Shown here: piece after piece, positions 30,252 through 40,762 of the stretch
How the letters are laid out: every line of letters begins with the position of its first letter
Numbering within the stretch: position 1 is the first letter of the stretch
Origin: an uncultured Clostridia bacterium
Lineage (GTDB): Bacteria > Bacillota > Clostridia > JAAYHZ01
Reading direction: 5' to 3'
Assembly: GCA_937894465.1 (NCBI GenBank)
Contig: CALCRE010000293.1
Coordinates: 9,482 to 73,481, forward strand
Length of the DNA: 64,000 nucleotides
Translations under genes and position numbers: made by a program
The notes under the pieces: model-generated
Database searches by the model: none
Told to the model about the DNA's origin: nothing
The model's input: only the letters and a program-made list of their open reading frames with translations

Positions 30252-31549
30252 TGGCCTATGTGGCTAGTTTGTGAATCCATATCTAATATATTCATCACAT
30301 ATCGAATCAAATCCTCTTTTTTGTTTTTAACATAGCCTTGTATCACATGGTCTGTCAACAAGTCCAAGCATTCCCCGATCTTTACACCTTCTTTCAGACC
30401 CGCTTCGATCAAATCATTGCCGTCTATATGAAGTTGGGAAACAGACCAGCAATAATCTCCGGATAGGATCTCCATTGCCTTCTTACGACAAGCAATCACA
30501 AGATTAAGCTGTTCCCGGTCAATTTGACGGCCTTTTAAGCAAGCTTCCCTCAATTCTAATAGATTGATAAAGATATCAGATCCAAATCTCTTAAACTGCC
30601 TTAAAATACTTGCATTACTATTTTCGATATATATGGATTGGTTTTCGACTAATGATACCGTCTTTTGAAGGGTATCATTGTCATATTTAAATTGTTTCAA
30701 TGTCCTTCGAGCTGCCAAAGCGCTATGAGGAGGGTCCGATTCAATTTCATGAAACAACAACGCAAGCCGCACAGGAAGATCCAGAGGAGCCTTACTTATA
30801 CTCAAAGCCGTGTGTTTCCATACATCTGCTCCTGATACATCCTTCCGTAAGGTACAAAAACTTACCTCAGGCAAGAGGACTCCAAACACCTCGGCGAACT
30901 CCGTTAAAACACGCTCCACGTTATCCCCCATAAGAAGTTTGTTCACCTCGCAGGCAATTCGCTCCACAGAAATCCGCTTCAACAACTGTTTGTTATTTCC
31001 AATGGCAAAAGCGGTGTTTTCTTCGACTCTATAGCGTAAGATCGACGAAAACCGCAACGCCCGCAAAATTCTCAAAGCATCTTCTGCAAACCGCTCATTA
31101 GCATCCCCTACACATCGAATCCTTTTGTTATTTAAATCATCTAATCCTCCGAAAAAATCCATCAACCCGCCTTTGGGATTATAGGCCATTGCATTGATTG
31201 TGAAATCTCTCCGACGGCAGTCCTCTTGTAAAGAAGGAGTGAAGAACACTTGATCCGGTCGGCGGTAATCGCTATAAGCCGAATCAAGCCGGTAGGTAGT
31301 AATTTGCAGCTCCATCCGGTCTATGATCACCATCACAGTTCCATATTTTATACCTGTATCGATAGTTCGGCACATAGAAAAGCAAGCTTTGATTTCATCC
31401 GGCATAGCGCTTGTACAGATATCCCAATCATCCGGAGTTTTCAAAAGCAACGAATCCCTGACGCACCCTCCTACGACAAAGGCTTCATGCCCTCCTCGTT
31501 CCAATTGATCCAATGCCATAAGCACCGGTGCAGGTAAAAGGATTTTCAT
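30248..31549 (-). CDS. cca: CCA tRNA nucleotidyltransferase (poly(A) polymerase/CCA-adding family)
   Basis: Pol-beta-type N-terminus (GGCVRDSLL...DWDI) with a C-terminal helical/HD-like region. 433 aa. Confidence 0.75.
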   Translation of the reverse strand: MKILLPAPVLMALDQLERGGHEAFVVGGCVRDSLLLKTPDDWDICTSAMPDEIKACFSMCRTIDTGIKYGTVMVIIDRMELQITTYRLDSAYSDYRRPDQVFFTPSLQEDCRRRDFTINAMAYNPKGGLMDFFGGLDDLNNKRIRCVGDANERFAEDALRILRALRFSSILRYRVEENTAFAIGNNKQLLKRISVERIACEVNKLLMGDNVERVLTEFAEVFGVLLPEVSFCTLRKDVSGADVWKHTALSISKAPLDLPVRLALLFHEIESDPPHSALAARRTLKQFKYDNDTLQKTVSLVENQSIYIENSNASILRQFKRFGSDIFINLLELREACLKGRQIDREQLNLVIACRKKAMEILSGDYCWSVSQLHIDGNDLIEAGLKEGVKIGECLDLLTDHVIQGYVKNKKEDLIRYVMNILDMDSQTSHIGH

Positions 31550-31553
31550 AATT

Positions 31554-32702
31554 TTATGGGTTAAAATCAGCCGGTCTTTGCTTTAGAATACCAAATTCAT
31601 AAAGAATGGCATTCACGATTCGTTCAGATGCATATCCGTCTCCGTACGGATTAACGGCACGAGCCATCTTATTGTATACATCCTGATCATCCAGCAACTC
31701 GGCACAGCATGCAGCAACATGGTTCCGGTCGGTACCCACCAATTTTACCGTTCCTGCCAGCACCGCTTCTTGCCGTTCGGTTTCGTTTCGCAAAACCAAC
31801 ACCGGTTTTCCCAAAGCAGGTCCTTCTTCCTGTAATCCGCCGGAATCGGTAACCACCATATAGGACTTACCCATTAGATTATGCATATCCCATACATCTG
31901 TAGGATCGATCAAATGAATCCGTTCATGCCGCAAAATCGGGTATACAATTTCCCTAACCGCAGGGTTCATGTGTACGGAATAAATAATTTCAACATCAGA
32001 AAATCGCTTTGCAGTGTCCAACAAAGCGTAACAAATATCTTGTAAGGGTTCACCGATGTTTTCACGACGATGTGCTGTGACTGCGATAACTCTTTTATTT
32101 GAAAAATCATACTCCCTTAAGAAAGGATTCTTGAATTGGTAGTCCGGTGTCACGGAGTTTTTTACTACGTCGATCGAAGTGTTTCCGGTAATATAGATGT
32201 GCTCCGGACTGATGCCTTCGTTGAGTAAGTTTTTCTTGTTTTCATAAGTAGGCGAAAAATGAAACTCTGCCATTCGCCCTGTAAGCACCCTGTTCATCTC
32301 TTCCGGGAATGGCAGGTACTTGTCAAAAGATCTTAACCCCGCTTCCACATGGCCACACAGAACCTTGTTGTAAAAGGAAGCCAATGCACAAGATAAGCAG
32401 GTGTTTGTATCACCGTGAACCAATGTGATATCCGGTTTTTCTTTGACCAACACTTCCTTAAACCCGTTTAAAATATCCGATGTCACCGATTCAAGGGTTT
32501 GCCTGGGCTTCATGATCTTTAAATCATAATCAGGCTTAATACCGAATACCTCCAGTACTTGGTCCAACATCTCCTTATGTTGGCCGGTACTGCATACCAC
32601 AAGATCTATATGCTCACATTCTCTTAATGCCCGGATTAACGGTGCCATCTTGATGGCGTCCGGTCTTGTTCCGAAAACAGGTAGCACTTTAATTTTTTTC
32701 AT
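31554..32702 (-). CDS. wecB: UDP-N-acetylglucosamine 2-epimerase (non-hydrolysing)
   Basis: MKKIKVLPVFGTRPDAIKMAPLI...VHGDTNT is the canonical N-terminus. 382 aa. Confidence 0.85.
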   Translation of the reverse strand: MKKIKVLPVFGTRPDAIKMAPLIRALRECEHIDLVVCSTGQHKEMLDQVLEVFGIKPDYDLKIMKPRQTLESVTSDILNGFKEVLVKEKPDITLVHGDTNTCLSCALASFYNKVLCGHVEAGLRSFDKYLPFPEEMNRVLTGRMAEFHFSPTYENKKNLLNEGISPEHIYITGNTSIDVVKNSVTPDYQFKNPFLREYDFSNKRVIAVTAHRRENIGEPLQDICYALLDTAKRFSDVEIIYSVHMNPAVREIVYPILRHERIHLIDPTDVWDMHNLMGKSYMVVTDSGGLQEEGPALGKPVLVLRNETERQEAVLAGTVKLVGTDRNHVAACCAELLDDQDVYNKMARAVNPYGDGYASERIVNAILYEFGILKQRPADFNP

Positions 32703-32716
32703 ATCATACCGCCTTT

Positions 32717-33874
32717 TTAAATTGTCTGATCTTTGTTATTTTCCGGGTTATCTTCTGCCAAGCTATCTATTTGTTCCGTATTTTTCTCGGGTTTAACCGC
32801 CATAGAGTGCGCATGCTGTGAAAACTCCTTCATGTATTTAATGCCTACAAAGATTAGAATGAATATAAAGAGCAACAAATATGCCCCGTATTTGATTCTA
32901 TCTCCGGCTAGTGCAACGGCACAAATACCGAAGGCCGCACTGGCCACATACAATGTCAGCACGCTCCATCGCTGGCTTAATCCCATATCGATCAAACGGT
33001 GATGAATATGGGATCTGTCCCTTTGGGACACAGACTTATGCCTGGTTAATCTTCGAAAAAAAGCGAATGTTGCATCAAACAAGGGAATGGCTAAAATCAA
33101 GACAGGTAATACAATGGATATTGCTGCATAAGATTTTAAAGTTCCTTGAATAGTGATGACACCTAATGTAAAGCCAAGAAAAGCCGCACCGGTTTCACCC
33201 ATAAAAATTTTCGCAGGATTAAAATTAAAAGGTAGAAACCCTAGACAAGAACCTGCAATTGCAATGGTGATTATGGTGGTGTATAATTTCACATCCATAG
33301 ATATATCCGTCCGAATAAGAGTCACTACAAACAAGCTTAAGGAACAAATCGCTGAAATTCCTGCCGCCAAACCATCCAATCCGTCTATCAAATTAATAGC
33401 ATTGGTAATGGCAACAATCCAAAAAATGGTGACGACATAAGAAAGTACGGGATTTAATGACATCATTTTACCGTCATCGCTGAAGAACATGGTTATATTT
33501 TCAATTCTGGTGTTGGATATGAATACGGTAAAAGCCGCAGCAGTCGTTTGGAAAATTAGCTTTTGCCAAGGTTTCATTCCACGGACATCATCAAAGATAC
33601 CATAACCTAACACGATCAAAGATCCGCCTAACATTCCGAATAATTTTACCGAATTATAGGGAAAGTCGGTAAAATCAAACCAACAATAGATGACTGATCC
33701 CCAAAATCCCAAAAAAAGAGCAATGCCACCCAAAAGAGGTGTGGGCCTTTTATGCATTCTGGTCTCATCTTTAGGCACATCAATTGCACCTATTTTGTAT
33801 GCAATTTTTGCTGCAATAGGTGTCGAAAAAAAAGCAAGTACAAAAGCAATAACGAAAGCTAGTAAATATTCCAC
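32717..33874 (-). CDS. tagO: undecaprenyl-phosphate N-acetylglucosamine-1-phosphate transferase (glycosyltransferase family 4, TagO/WecA type)
   Basis: A polytopic membrane protein with the GT4/MraY-like motifs DDVRGM and NAINLIDGLDGLA. Confidence 0.8.
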   Translation of the reverse strand: MEYLLAFVIAFVLAFFSTPIAAKIAYKIGAIDVPKDETRMHKRPTPLLGGIALFLGFWGSVIYCWFDFTDFPYNSVKLFGMLGGSLIVLGYGIFDDVRGMKPWQKLIFQTTAAAFTVFISNTRIENITMFFSDDGKMMSLNPVLSYVVTIFWIVAITNAINLIDGLDGLAAGISAICSLSLFVVTLIRTDISMDVKLYTTIITIAIAGSCLGFLPFNFNPAKIFMGETGAAFLGFTLGVITIQGTLKSYAAISIVLPVLILAIPLFDATFAFFRRLTRHKSVSQRDRSHIHHRLIDMGLSQRWSVLTLYVASAAFGICAVALAGDRIKYGAYLLLFIFILIFVGIKYMKEFSQHAHSMAVKPEKNTEQIDSLAEDNPENNKDQTI

Positions 33875-33875
33875 A

Positions 33876-34364
33876 TCATATCACCGGTTCTAACGGTTCC
33901 TTTCCTATGTATTTTTCAGTGGATATGCCGGCTTCATTCAATAATTCCACCGCAAGAGGATCCGGATAATCCCCTTTGTAGACAATTCGCTTGATTCCTG
34001 CATTGATAATCATTTTAGCGCATAAAGAACACGGCTGTGTCGTTACATACAAGGTACCGCCGCTGAGGCTGGTTCCGGAATATGCCGCCTGAACAATTGC
34101 ATTTTGTTCTGCGTGGATGGCTCTACACAACTCATGGTTTTTCCCGGAAGGAACATTTAATTTCTCCCTCATACACCCTACCTCGGAACAGTGGGCGCAC
34201 CCTACGGGTGCACCGTTATATCCGGTTGTCAAAATTCGTTTGTCCTTGACAATCAGTGCTCCTACTTGCCTACGTAGGCAGGTGGATCTTGTTTTTATAA
34301 TTTCAACAATTTCCATGAAATATTCATCCCATGAAGGTCTCATAATGATTAGTCCTTTATCCAA
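33876..34364 (-). CDS. comEB: dCMP deaminase (ComEB-like cytidine/deoxycytidylate deaminase)
   Basis: The zinc-binding motifs HAEQNAI and PCSLCAKMI are present. Confidence 0.8.
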   Translation of the reverse strand: MDKGLIIMRPSWDEYFMEIVEIIKTRSTCLRRQVGALIVKDKRILTTGYNGAPVGCAHCSEVGCMREKLNVPSGKNHELCRAIHAEQNAIVQAAYSGTSLSGGTLYVTTQPCSLCAKMIINAGIKRIVYKGDYPDPLAVELLNEAGISTEKYIGKEPLEPVI

Positions 34365-35501
34365 TTATTTTGTACCGAACAATCTGTCCCCCGCATCTCC
34401 CAAACCGGGAACAATGTAAGCATGATCGTTGAGGACTTCGTCTATTGCCGCACAGTAAATGTCCACATCAGGATGATCCTTATTGATACGCTCAATGCCC
34501 GCCTTTGCTGCAATCAAGCACACTAATTTTATACTGGATATTCCCCTGTCCTTTAAGAAACCTATTGCTGCCGAGGCAGATCCCCCGGTGGCCAGCATGG
34601 GGTCTAGTACAACCATGTCACGTTCATTGGCATCCACCGGCAACTTACAGTAATATTCCACCGGTTCCAATGTTTGCGGATCCCTGTATAACCCGATATG
34701 ACCTACTTTGGCCATGGGCAACAAACGTAACATTCCGTCCACCATTCCCAATCCCGCTCTGAGGATGGGAACAAATCCTAGTTTTTTACCGGCGATTACT
34801 TTTGAATGAGCGATTCCCATGGGTGTCTCTACATCAACATCCATTAATGGTAAATCCCTTGTCACCTCATAAGCCATTAACATGGCAATTTCACTTACCA
34901 ATTCCCTGAATTCTTTCGTTCCTGTGTTCTTATCCCTTAATAAAGAGATCTTGTGTTGTATCAAAGGATGGTCAAATTCGAACACTCTTTGCATGGTCTG
35001 ACAGCCTCCTGTTTTTGTTTGTTTTATTTCTTGATTAATATACCGCTTGTCCAATTCATCAATCATTCCCACTCTTCTTTTATGGCGGGAATGCTCACTG
35101 TTATCAAAAGGGGTGTCCAGCCATGCGGAAACGATGCTCACAGCAGTTTCAGCATCCATCAACCGTCCGCCTAATGTGATCACATTTGCATTGTTATGCT
35201 GTCCGCTCAACCTGCCCATATCCACGTTTGTACACAGTGCAGCACGAATACCGGGATATTTATTTGCGGCAATCGAAACTCCGATGCCCGTTCCGCATAA
35301 TAAAATGCCTGTATCGGCATCTTTTTTTATAATGGCTTTGCAAACCTTTTGAACATAATCCGGATAATCCACAGATGATTGATCGTCAAAGGTCCCGAAA
35401 TCCATTACTTCTATATTTCTTTTCTTTAAAAAATCTATGATGGGCTGTTTTAGAATAAAACCGCCGTGATCCGCTCCAATTGCTATTATCACTTTAAACA
35501 A
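34365..35501 (-). CDS. rpiB-upp: In-frame fusion ORF of ribose-5-phosphate isomerase B (N-terminal ~150 aa) and uracil phosphoribosyltransferase (C-terminal 209 aa)
   Basis: The N-terminal half, [15 protein letters not shown]...[10 protein letters not shown]...[10 protein letters not shown], is RpiB/LacAB-type. A ~19-aa linker is followed by [47 protein letters not shown]..., a full-length UPRT. No stop codon separates them. An AGGAGG RBS sits 8 nt before the internal ATG at 34994. Confidence 0.75.
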   Translation of the reverse strand: MFKVIIAIGADHGGFILKQPIIDFLKKRNIEVMDFGTFDDQSSVDYPDYVQKVCKAIIKKDADTGILLCGTGIGVSIAANKYPGIRAALCTNVDMGRLSGQHNNANVITLGGRLMDAETAVSIVSAWLDTPFDNSEHSRHKRRVGMIDELDKRYINQEIKQTKTGGCQTMQRVFEFDHPLIQHKISLLRDKNTGTKEFRELVSEIAMLMAYEVTRDLPLMDVDVETPMGIAHSKVIAGKKLGFVPILRAGLGMVDGMLRLLPMAKVGHIGLYRDPQTLEPVEYYCKLPVDANERDMVVLDPMLATGGSASAAIGFLKDRGISSIKLVCLIAAKAGIERINKDHPDVDIYCAAIDEVLNDHAYIVPGLGDAGDRLFGTK

Positions 35502-35576
35502 AGAACTCCTTCATATTTTTATATATTATATCACATCAAAATCTCACTGAAAATACCTTTGCCTTCAAAACGAGTT

Positions 35577-36614
35577 TTATACATCAACGATGTAATCGCC
35601 TGCCGCCTTTTTCAGCCGATTCATGATGGAAATGAATAATCCTTTACCCGAAAGATACATGCTGTAAATGACATCCGTATCGGTTTTATCAATCTCCCTC
35701 AACACTGAAAACAAATTTGCAGCAATTTGAGGCGGATTTGACAGACACCCTAAATCAAATGTACATAAACCTTCAAACTCATGTGCACATTCATTCACAG
35801 TCAAAACACAAGCCTTCTCGTCGGTGTTACTCTTAACCATTCTTCGAATGTATTCCGATGCCTTGTCAGTATCACCTCGTACAAGTATGATTTTTGCTTT
35901 TGGTGCATAATGTCGATACTTCATGCCGGGTGCCTTTGGAATGTCGTCTTTTACGCTTGAATCAGATGATTGCAGCACATCCCGGCTGATACAGGACAAA
36001 TCCTCCCACGTAATGAATCCGGGCCTTAAAATGACTGCAGGCTTTACAGTAATGTCCAACACAGTGGATTCAAGTCCGTATACTGAGCTTCCTTGGCATA
36101 AGATCACATCCACCCTTCCGTTTAAATCATCTATCACATGAGATGCTTCAGTTGTGCTGGGACGCCCGGATAAGTTGGCACTTGGTGCGGCAATTGGTAC
36201 ACCTGCTTCCCGAATCAGTGTTCTTGCCACTTGGTGAGAAGGGCAACGCAAACCTACTGTTTGAAGTCCGGCCGTGACTTGATCCGGTATGACAGGTTTT
36301 TTGTTCATGACCAAAGTCAAGGGGCCCGGCCAAAAATGATCCATATATAGCTTTGCAGACGGATCCTCGATATAGGTGTACAAGGATGCCTGATCAGGAT
36401 CAGATATATGGACAATCAACGGATTGTCAGAAGGACGACCTTTCGCTGAATATATTTTCTTTGCAGCATTCTCATCTAGTGCATTGCCACCTAATCCATA
36501 TACGGTTTCGGTGGGGAAGGCCACCAACCCGCCGTTTTTTATGACATCAGCGGCATATAGTATGGCGGGCAAATCCTTAACAGGATCCGTTATTTCAAAA
36601 ATTTCAGTTTTCAT
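35577..36614 (-). CDS. tsaC: L-threonylcarbamoyladenylate synthase (Sua5/YwlC/TsaC family)
   Basis: YrdC-domain motif FPTETVYGLGGNA...KGRP..NPLIVHI plus a C-terminal Sua5 domain. The start is the ATG right after the prfA stop (TAAAATG). Confidence 0.85.
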   Translation of the reverse strand: MKTEIFEITDPVKDLPAILYAADVIKNGGLVAFPTETVYGLGGNALDENAAKKIYSAKGRPSDNPLIVHISDPDQASLYTYIEDPSAKLYMDHFWPGPLTLVMNKKPVIPDQVTAGLQTVGLRCPSHQVARTLIREAGVPIAAPSANLSGRPSTTEASHVIDDLNGRVDVILCQGSSVYGLESTVLDITVKPAVILRPGFITWEDLSCISRDVLQSSDSSVKDDIPKAPGMKYRHYAPKAKIILVRGDTDKASEYIRRMVKSNTDEKACVLTVNECAHEFEGLCTFDLGCLSNPPQIAANLFSVLREIDKTDTDVIYSMYLSGKGLFISIMNRLKKAAGDYIVDV

Positions 36615-36615
36615 T

Positions 36616-37689
36616 TTAAAACCCGCTTTCAGCAAGCTTTTGAGTTTGGTCATATGTGATTAAAGGTTCTGTTAATTGATCCAAATCACCTTCTAGAACA
36701 TCATCCAGCTTGTAAACGGTCAATCCGATTCGATGATCCGTCACGCGCCCCTGAGGATAATTGTAGGTACGGATTCTTTCGCTTCGATCTCCCGTTCCCA
36801 CTTGACTTCTTCTGTTCTCAGCCACTTCTTTGTCTTGCTCGGATTGAGCCATCTCATTCAACTTGGATTTTAACACCCTTAACGCTTTGTCTTTATTCTT
36901 ATGTTGTGAACGTTGATCCTGGCATGTCACCACAATTCCGGTGGGCAAGTGGGTAATTCTTATAGCGGAGGAGGTTTTGTTAATGTGCTGGCCACCGGCT
37001 CCGGATGCCCGATAGGTGTCGATCTGCAGGTCATTCGGATTGATATCCACTTCCACATCCTCTACCTCCGGCATAACTGCAACCGTCACAGTGGAAGTAT
37101 GAATTCTACCTCCGGACTCGGTCACAGGAATCCTTTGAACTCGGTGAACACCGCTTTCATATTTCAATTTGGAATAAACCATTTTACCTTCCAATATGAA
37201 TACCACTTCCTTGAACCCACCCAATTCATTTTCATTTGAATCGATCAAGTCCATTGACCAACCGTTATTTTCAGCATACTTGCTATACATCCGGAAAAGG
37301 TCAGCGGCAAACAAAGCCGCTTCGTTTCCACCTGCACCGCCTCTAATCTCTATGATGACGTTTTTATCATCATTAGGATCTTTAGGCAACATCAAAATCT
37401 TAAGCTCATTTTCAATCTTCTCTTTTAAGCCCTTGTTCTCATCTAACTCAGCTTGGGCCAATTCTCTTAATTCGGCATCCGGCCTGTCCTCCAAAACATC
37501 AAGGGCATCTTGAATACCTGCAAGAACATTCTTGTATTCATTATATTTTTCTACGATCGGTTCCATCTCCGACCGCTCCTTCATCAAACGTGTATAGCGG
37601 TCTTGATTGGAAAGCACCGACGGGTCGCTTAAAAGCTGGTCGATTTCTTCAAACCGGTTTAACACCGCATCAAATTTATCAAACATCAA
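36616..37689 (-). CDS. prfA: peptide chain release factor 1
   Basis: The GGQ motif ([23 protein letters not shown]) and the PxT-type decoding-region context are present. 357 aa. Confidence 0.95.
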   Translation of the reverse strand: MMFDKFDAVLNRFEEIDQLLSDPSVLSNQDRYTRLMKERSEMEPIVEKYNEYKNVLAGIQDALDVLEDRPDAELRELAQAELDENKGLKEKIENELKILMLPKDPNDDKNVIIEIRGGAGGNEAALFAADLFRMYSKYAENNGWSMDLIDSNENELGGFKEVVFILEGKMVYSKLKYESGVHRVQRIPVTESGGRIHTSTVTVAVMPEVEDVEVDINPNDLQIDTYRASGAGGQHINKTSSAIRITHLPTGIVVTCQDQRSQHKNKDKALRVLKSKLNEMAQSEQDKEVAENRRSQVGTGDRSERIRTYNYPQGRVTDHRIGLTVYKLDDVLEGDLDQLTEPLITYDQTQKLAESGF

Positions 37690-37702
37690 ACACCTCTTGT
37701 CA

Positions 37703-38869
37703 TCAATGGTGGAATAAACGGTTTCCGGTGAAAACCATCACCATTTGATACTCATTACATGCATCTATCACGATATCATCACGGATAGAGCCACCGGGTT
37801 GCGCAATATATTTTACACCGGATTTAGATGCTCTGTCTATATTATCTCTAAACGGGAAAAATGCATCCGAACCTAATGTCACATCCGTAAATCGGCTTAA
37901 CCAATCTTGCTTTTCCTCATAAGACAACCGCTGAGGTACTTCTTCAAACATGGTCTCCCAATACTTGTTCTCTTCTTCCGTGATATGATCTCTTAGATAC
38001 GTATCAATGGCATTGTCTTTGTCAGCCTTTTTCAATCCTGCTTTGAATTGTAAATTCAAAACAGCCGGGTGCTGCCTTAATAACCAAAAATCCGCTTTGT
38101 CTCCGGCAAGTCTGGTACAATGAATACGAGCCTGTTGCCCTGCGCCGTTTCCGATTACTTGACCGTCATAAACATAACAAACGGAATTGGACTGGGTATA
38201 TTTTAACGTAATCAAGGCCAGGATCATATCCCGCATAGCCGATTCCGGCAAATCCTTGTTTTGTGTTACAATATTGGTCAAGTCCTTTTTTCCGGTTATA
38301 TAATCATTTCTTTTTTGCTCGAAGGTTATACCAAAAATTTGCTTTTTTTCCATTTGAACCGGTACATAAGTAGAATCCACTTGTATGATATTGTAGCTTC
38401 CCTTCCTTTTGGACTTTAAAATTTCCAAAGCTTTAGCCGAATAGGAAGGTGCAATGATTCCGTCCGATACTTCGTGTTCCAGCAGCTTTGCAGCAGATTC
38501 ATCCACCTCATCGCTGAACGCGGCAAAGTCACCGTACGAGGCGACACGATCTGCTCCTCTTGCTCTTGCATAGGCACATGCCACAGGTGACAGTTCCGTG
38601 TCAGGGTCAATGTGATATGCCTTTTTCATGGATTCGCTCAACGGCAACCCCAAAGCTGCTCCAGCCGGGCTGACATGCTTAAAGGAAGCTGCTGCCGGAA
38701 GCCCTAATGATTGTTTCAATTCCTTCACCAATTGCCATGCATTCAATGCATCCATAAAATTAATATATCCCGGGTTCCCGTTTAATATCGTTAAAGGTAT
38801 TTCCTGATCTTCGCAGTATAGTGTTGCAGGTTTTTGATGGGGATTACAACCGTATTTCAATTTAAACAT
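37703..38869 (-). CDS. PurH-like AICAR transformylase-domain protein, lacking the N-terminal IMP cyclohydrolase/MGS domain
   Basis: N-terminus [12 protein letters not shown] matches the (L)(R/K)YGxNPHQ motif that opens the AICARFT domain of PurH. 388 aa. Confidence 0.55.
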   Translation of the reverse strand: MFKLKYGCNPHQKPATLYCEDQEIPLTILNGNPGYINFMDALNAWQLVKELKQSLGLPAAASFKHVSPAGAALGLPLSESMKKAYHIDPDTELSPVACAYARARGADRVASYGDFAAFSDEVDESAAKLLEHEVSDGIIAPSYSAKALEILKSKRKGSYNIIQVDSTYVPVQMEKKQIFGITFEQKRNDYITGKKDLTNIVTQNKDLPESAMRDMILALITLKYTQSNSVCYVYDGQVIGNGAGQQARIHCTRLAGDKADFWLLRQHPAVLNLQFKAGLKKADKDNAIDTYLRDHITEEENKYWETMFEEVPQRLSYEEKQDWLSRFTDVTLGSDAFFPFRDNIDRASKSGVKYIAQPGGSIRDDIVIDACNEYQMVMVFTGNRLFHH

Positions 38870-39143
38870 TGCTATTCCTCCCTAATATAGATGTTAACTA
38901 TTTAACATTATTATATACACAAACCAATTGCCTTGCAATGATAAAAGGTCGTATGGATAAAATCAACTTATAGAAAATATCCTTAACAGCAACATTGACT
39001 AGACCTCCTTGCTTACCCGTCCGTTGTCCCATCATTTTCCGCTGCTACTGAAAAACAAGCTGAAAACAAAGAGTCTCTTATCGCCAAGCTTACGCAATCA
39101 ATGAATAATCAAAAATTCCAAACATTGAATGACAACAGATCCG

Positions 39144-39731
39144 TTATACCTTGAATGTCCACAAGTGTTCATTAGAAGTGGATATACCGTATGCCCCGTT
39201 CTTTAAAGCCGTATCCGCATCAGTCACGGTGTTTATCATCCCTCCGGCTATGACCGGAGTTCTTACCTTGTTGCAAAAGTCACCGGTAACTTGATGCATG
39301 ATTCCGGGCATGATTTCTACAATAGTGGGTTTGGTGGATTCAATGACAGAAATAGCGGTGTCCACAGACAAACTGTCAATCAAAAAAAAGCGTTGAATAC
39401 CGCAATACCCTTTGGAAACGGCATATCGAATGGGTTGACTGCGGGTACTGATGATACCGTCAGCACCATGCTTTAAAAACAGATAGTCCACTGCGCTGTT
39501 GTTAGATCCTAAACCGTCTATAAAATCAAAATGAACAGCACATACCTTACCCATCTTTTTTGCAAACAATATACTCTTCTCCATTTCAAAAAGCGATGTT
39601 TTCAAAAGAAAGATCACTGTAGCTTCCGAGTGTACGGCTTTATACAATTGGCGGTCATTTCGCACAGCGGCGATCACCGGATTTTTCTTCAAAGAATAAA
39701 GTATACTGTCCATATCAAGATTATACCACAA
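39144..39731 (-). CDS. glpP: glycerol-3-phosphate-responsive antiterminator GlpP family
   Basis: 195 aa. It aligns with B. subtilis GlpP blocks (VIFLL..., DGIISTRS, GIQRFFLIDSLS, EIMPG). Confidence 0.7.
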   Translation of the reverse strand: MWYNLDMDSILYSLKKNPVIAAVRNDRQLYKAVHSEATVIFLLKTSLFEMEKSILFAKKMGKVCAVHFDFIDGLGSNNSAVDYLFLKHGADGIISTRSQPIRYAVSKGYCGIQRFFLIDSLSVDTAISVIESTKPTIVEIMPGIMHQVTGDFCNKVRTPVIAGGMINTVTDADTALKNGAYGISTSNEHLWTFKV

Positions 39732-39871
39732 CGCGTGTTTTATATTATTAAGTGATCCATTACAAAATCAATGTAATTTTATACTATAATTTTATACTTT
39801 ACAAGTGCTTTACACTGCTAAAGAAGGGTGCTACAATGTTAGAATGATTTGTTGCAAAGGATTTTAACTTC

Positions 39872-40762
39872 ATGAGACATATTTTTATTGTGAACCCCGT
39901 TGCCGGAAAAGGTAAGACCCTTAGTGTGATCCCGGAGATTAAAGAGTACTTTAAGGACAAGCCTGAAGAATCGTATGAAATATTGATAACCGAAAGAAAG
40001 GGACATGGCACCGAGCTTGCCCGAAAAGCCACCGCTTCCGGAAACGGTAGAATTTATTCCGTGGGTGGTGACGGAACTTTAAATGAAGTTTTAAACGGTA
40101 TGATCCATTCGGATTACTGCCTGGGCCTTTTTGCCAAGGGCTCCGGAAATGACTTTATAAGAACTTTATGTCCGAATCAAAAACCGGATATGTCAGTGGA
40201 GCAAATCGTGCAAGGAACTCCAAAAATAATCGATTGCGCTAAAGCCAATGACACATATTTCATCAATGTGGCATCGGTTGGCTTTGATGCTGAAGTTGCT
40301 GACAATACAAAGATCTTTAAAAAAATACCTCTGGTGAAAGGCAGTCTATCTTATTTATTCAGTCTCTTTTACACCTTAGTGAATATGAAGCCCTATACCA
40401 TCCGGTACAAAATGAATGACATGCAAGACTCCTCCAATTATTTATTGATTGCCTTCTGCAACGGCAAATATTATGGAGGAGGATTTCTCCCTGCTCCTAA
40501 AGCGGATCTAAGTGATGGTCTTTTGGATATATGCCGTGTCAAACATACAAAAAGACGGGTTATTTTTAAATGTTTTCCTAAGCTTCGTGACGGAACCCAC
40601 GACACATTGGATGTTGTCACAATAGAAAAAACCAAAAGTATTCATATTCAGTCGGAGCAAGAATTATGTTTGAATATTGATGGAGAGATCTCAAAGACCA
40701 AAGACCTTCAAATTGAGATTATCCCCGAAACCGTGAAGATTTTAGTTCCAAAAACGCTTTAA
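39872..40762 (+). CDS. diacylglycerol kinase catalytic-domain family lipid kinase (YegS/DagK type)
   Basis: It has the start HIFIVNPVAGKG and the motif SVGGDGTLNEV. 296 aa. Confidence 0.8.
   Translation: MRHIFIVNPVAGKGKTLSVIPEIKEYFKDKPEESYEILITERKGHGTELARKATASGNGRIYSVGGDGTLNEVLNGMIHSDYCLGLFAKGSGNDFIRTLCPNQKPDMSVEQIVQGTPKIIDCAKANDTYFINVASVGFDAEVADNTKIFKKIPLVKGSLSYLFSLFYTLVNMKPYTIRYKMNDMQDSSNYLLIAFCNGKYYGGGFLPAPKADLSDGLLDICRVKHTKRRVIFKCFPKLRDGTHDTLDVVTIEKTKSIHIQSEQELCLNIDGEISKTKDLQIEIIPETVKILVPKTL

Noticed and set aside
38870-39143. Possible ZTP (pfl-motif) riboswitch in the leader of the PurH-like gene.
   Set aside because: The minus-strand leader lacks the conserved GGGTCGTGACTGGCG / CCGCC...GGGC pseudoknot elements. 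Only a small unsupported 46-codon ORF and no convincing structure were found.
40759-40762. 4-nt convergent overlap of the lipid-kinase and DUF2207 genes, and the 6-nt convergent overlap of the cotS-family and MFS genes at 22576-22581.
   Set aside because: Short convergent overlaps of stop codons are common in compact genomes. No hairpin or regulatory structure is evident.
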